The notes beneath the pieces were generated by a model. The model had not been told where the DNA came from and did no database searches. It saw only the letters and a program-made list of their open reading frames with translations. From Botryllus schlosseri (lineage: Eukaryota), in assembly GCA_051294905.1 (NCBI GenBank), contig CM119373.1, positions 2,544,001 through 2,608,000 on the forward strand: DNA of 64,000 bases, given 5' to 3'. Made by a program: the position numbers and the translations under genes. Below, one piece after another: positions 63,845 through 64,000 of this stretch (positions are counted from its first letter, which is position 1; every line of letters starts with the position of its first letter).

Positions 63845-64000
63845 TAGGGCTCTTCAAAAATGACTTTTTTTCTCAAATCGTACTGGCTACTTGATAAAAT
63901 TGTTAGGTTACCTAATTTAAGCCTACAAACAAAATATGGTTCAAATCCAGCCAGTATCCGCTTTGCTACAAGAGAAGAAAGTACCTATTTATTATATAAA
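63845..64000. mobile_element. Start of a second foldback MITE copy (runs off the window)
   Basis: Near-identical to 21402 onward. Confidence 0.9.

Overview
AT-rich, transposon-dense eukaryotic DNA with GT-AG introns. It is most likely from an ascidian, probably a stolidobranch; this is inferred from styelin-like signal peptides. Host genes: (1) a two-exon classical short-chain dehydrogenase/reductase (SDR, 254 aa, minus strand, 6642-10245); (2) a dispersed family of small secreted peptide precursor genes with the layout signal peptide / Trp-Arg-Tyr cationic core / acidic tail of (K/R)-GYY repeats. Copy C (54.5 kb, +) is intact with seven GYY units. Copy A (27 kb, -) has a frameshifted tail. 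Copy B (51 kb, -) has a tail with two stops that is split by a 3-kb nested hAT insertion. An orphan promoter of the same family sits at 25 kb (+). The most notable hypothesis is that the GYY tail is a multi-core ribosomal precursor for tunichrome-type Gly-DOPA-DOPA tripeptides, fused to an antimicrobial-like core. The rest is mostly nested mobile DNA: many hAT-type non-autonomous elements with 8-bp TSDs, a decayed hATm-like transposon, an I-group LINE with RNase H, tandem R4/Dong-like LINE 3' ends, a CR1/L2 fragment, a gypsy-type LTR remnant, tRNA-derived SINEs and a 1.4-kb segmental duplication. All family assignments come from visual motif recognition; no database searches were run.
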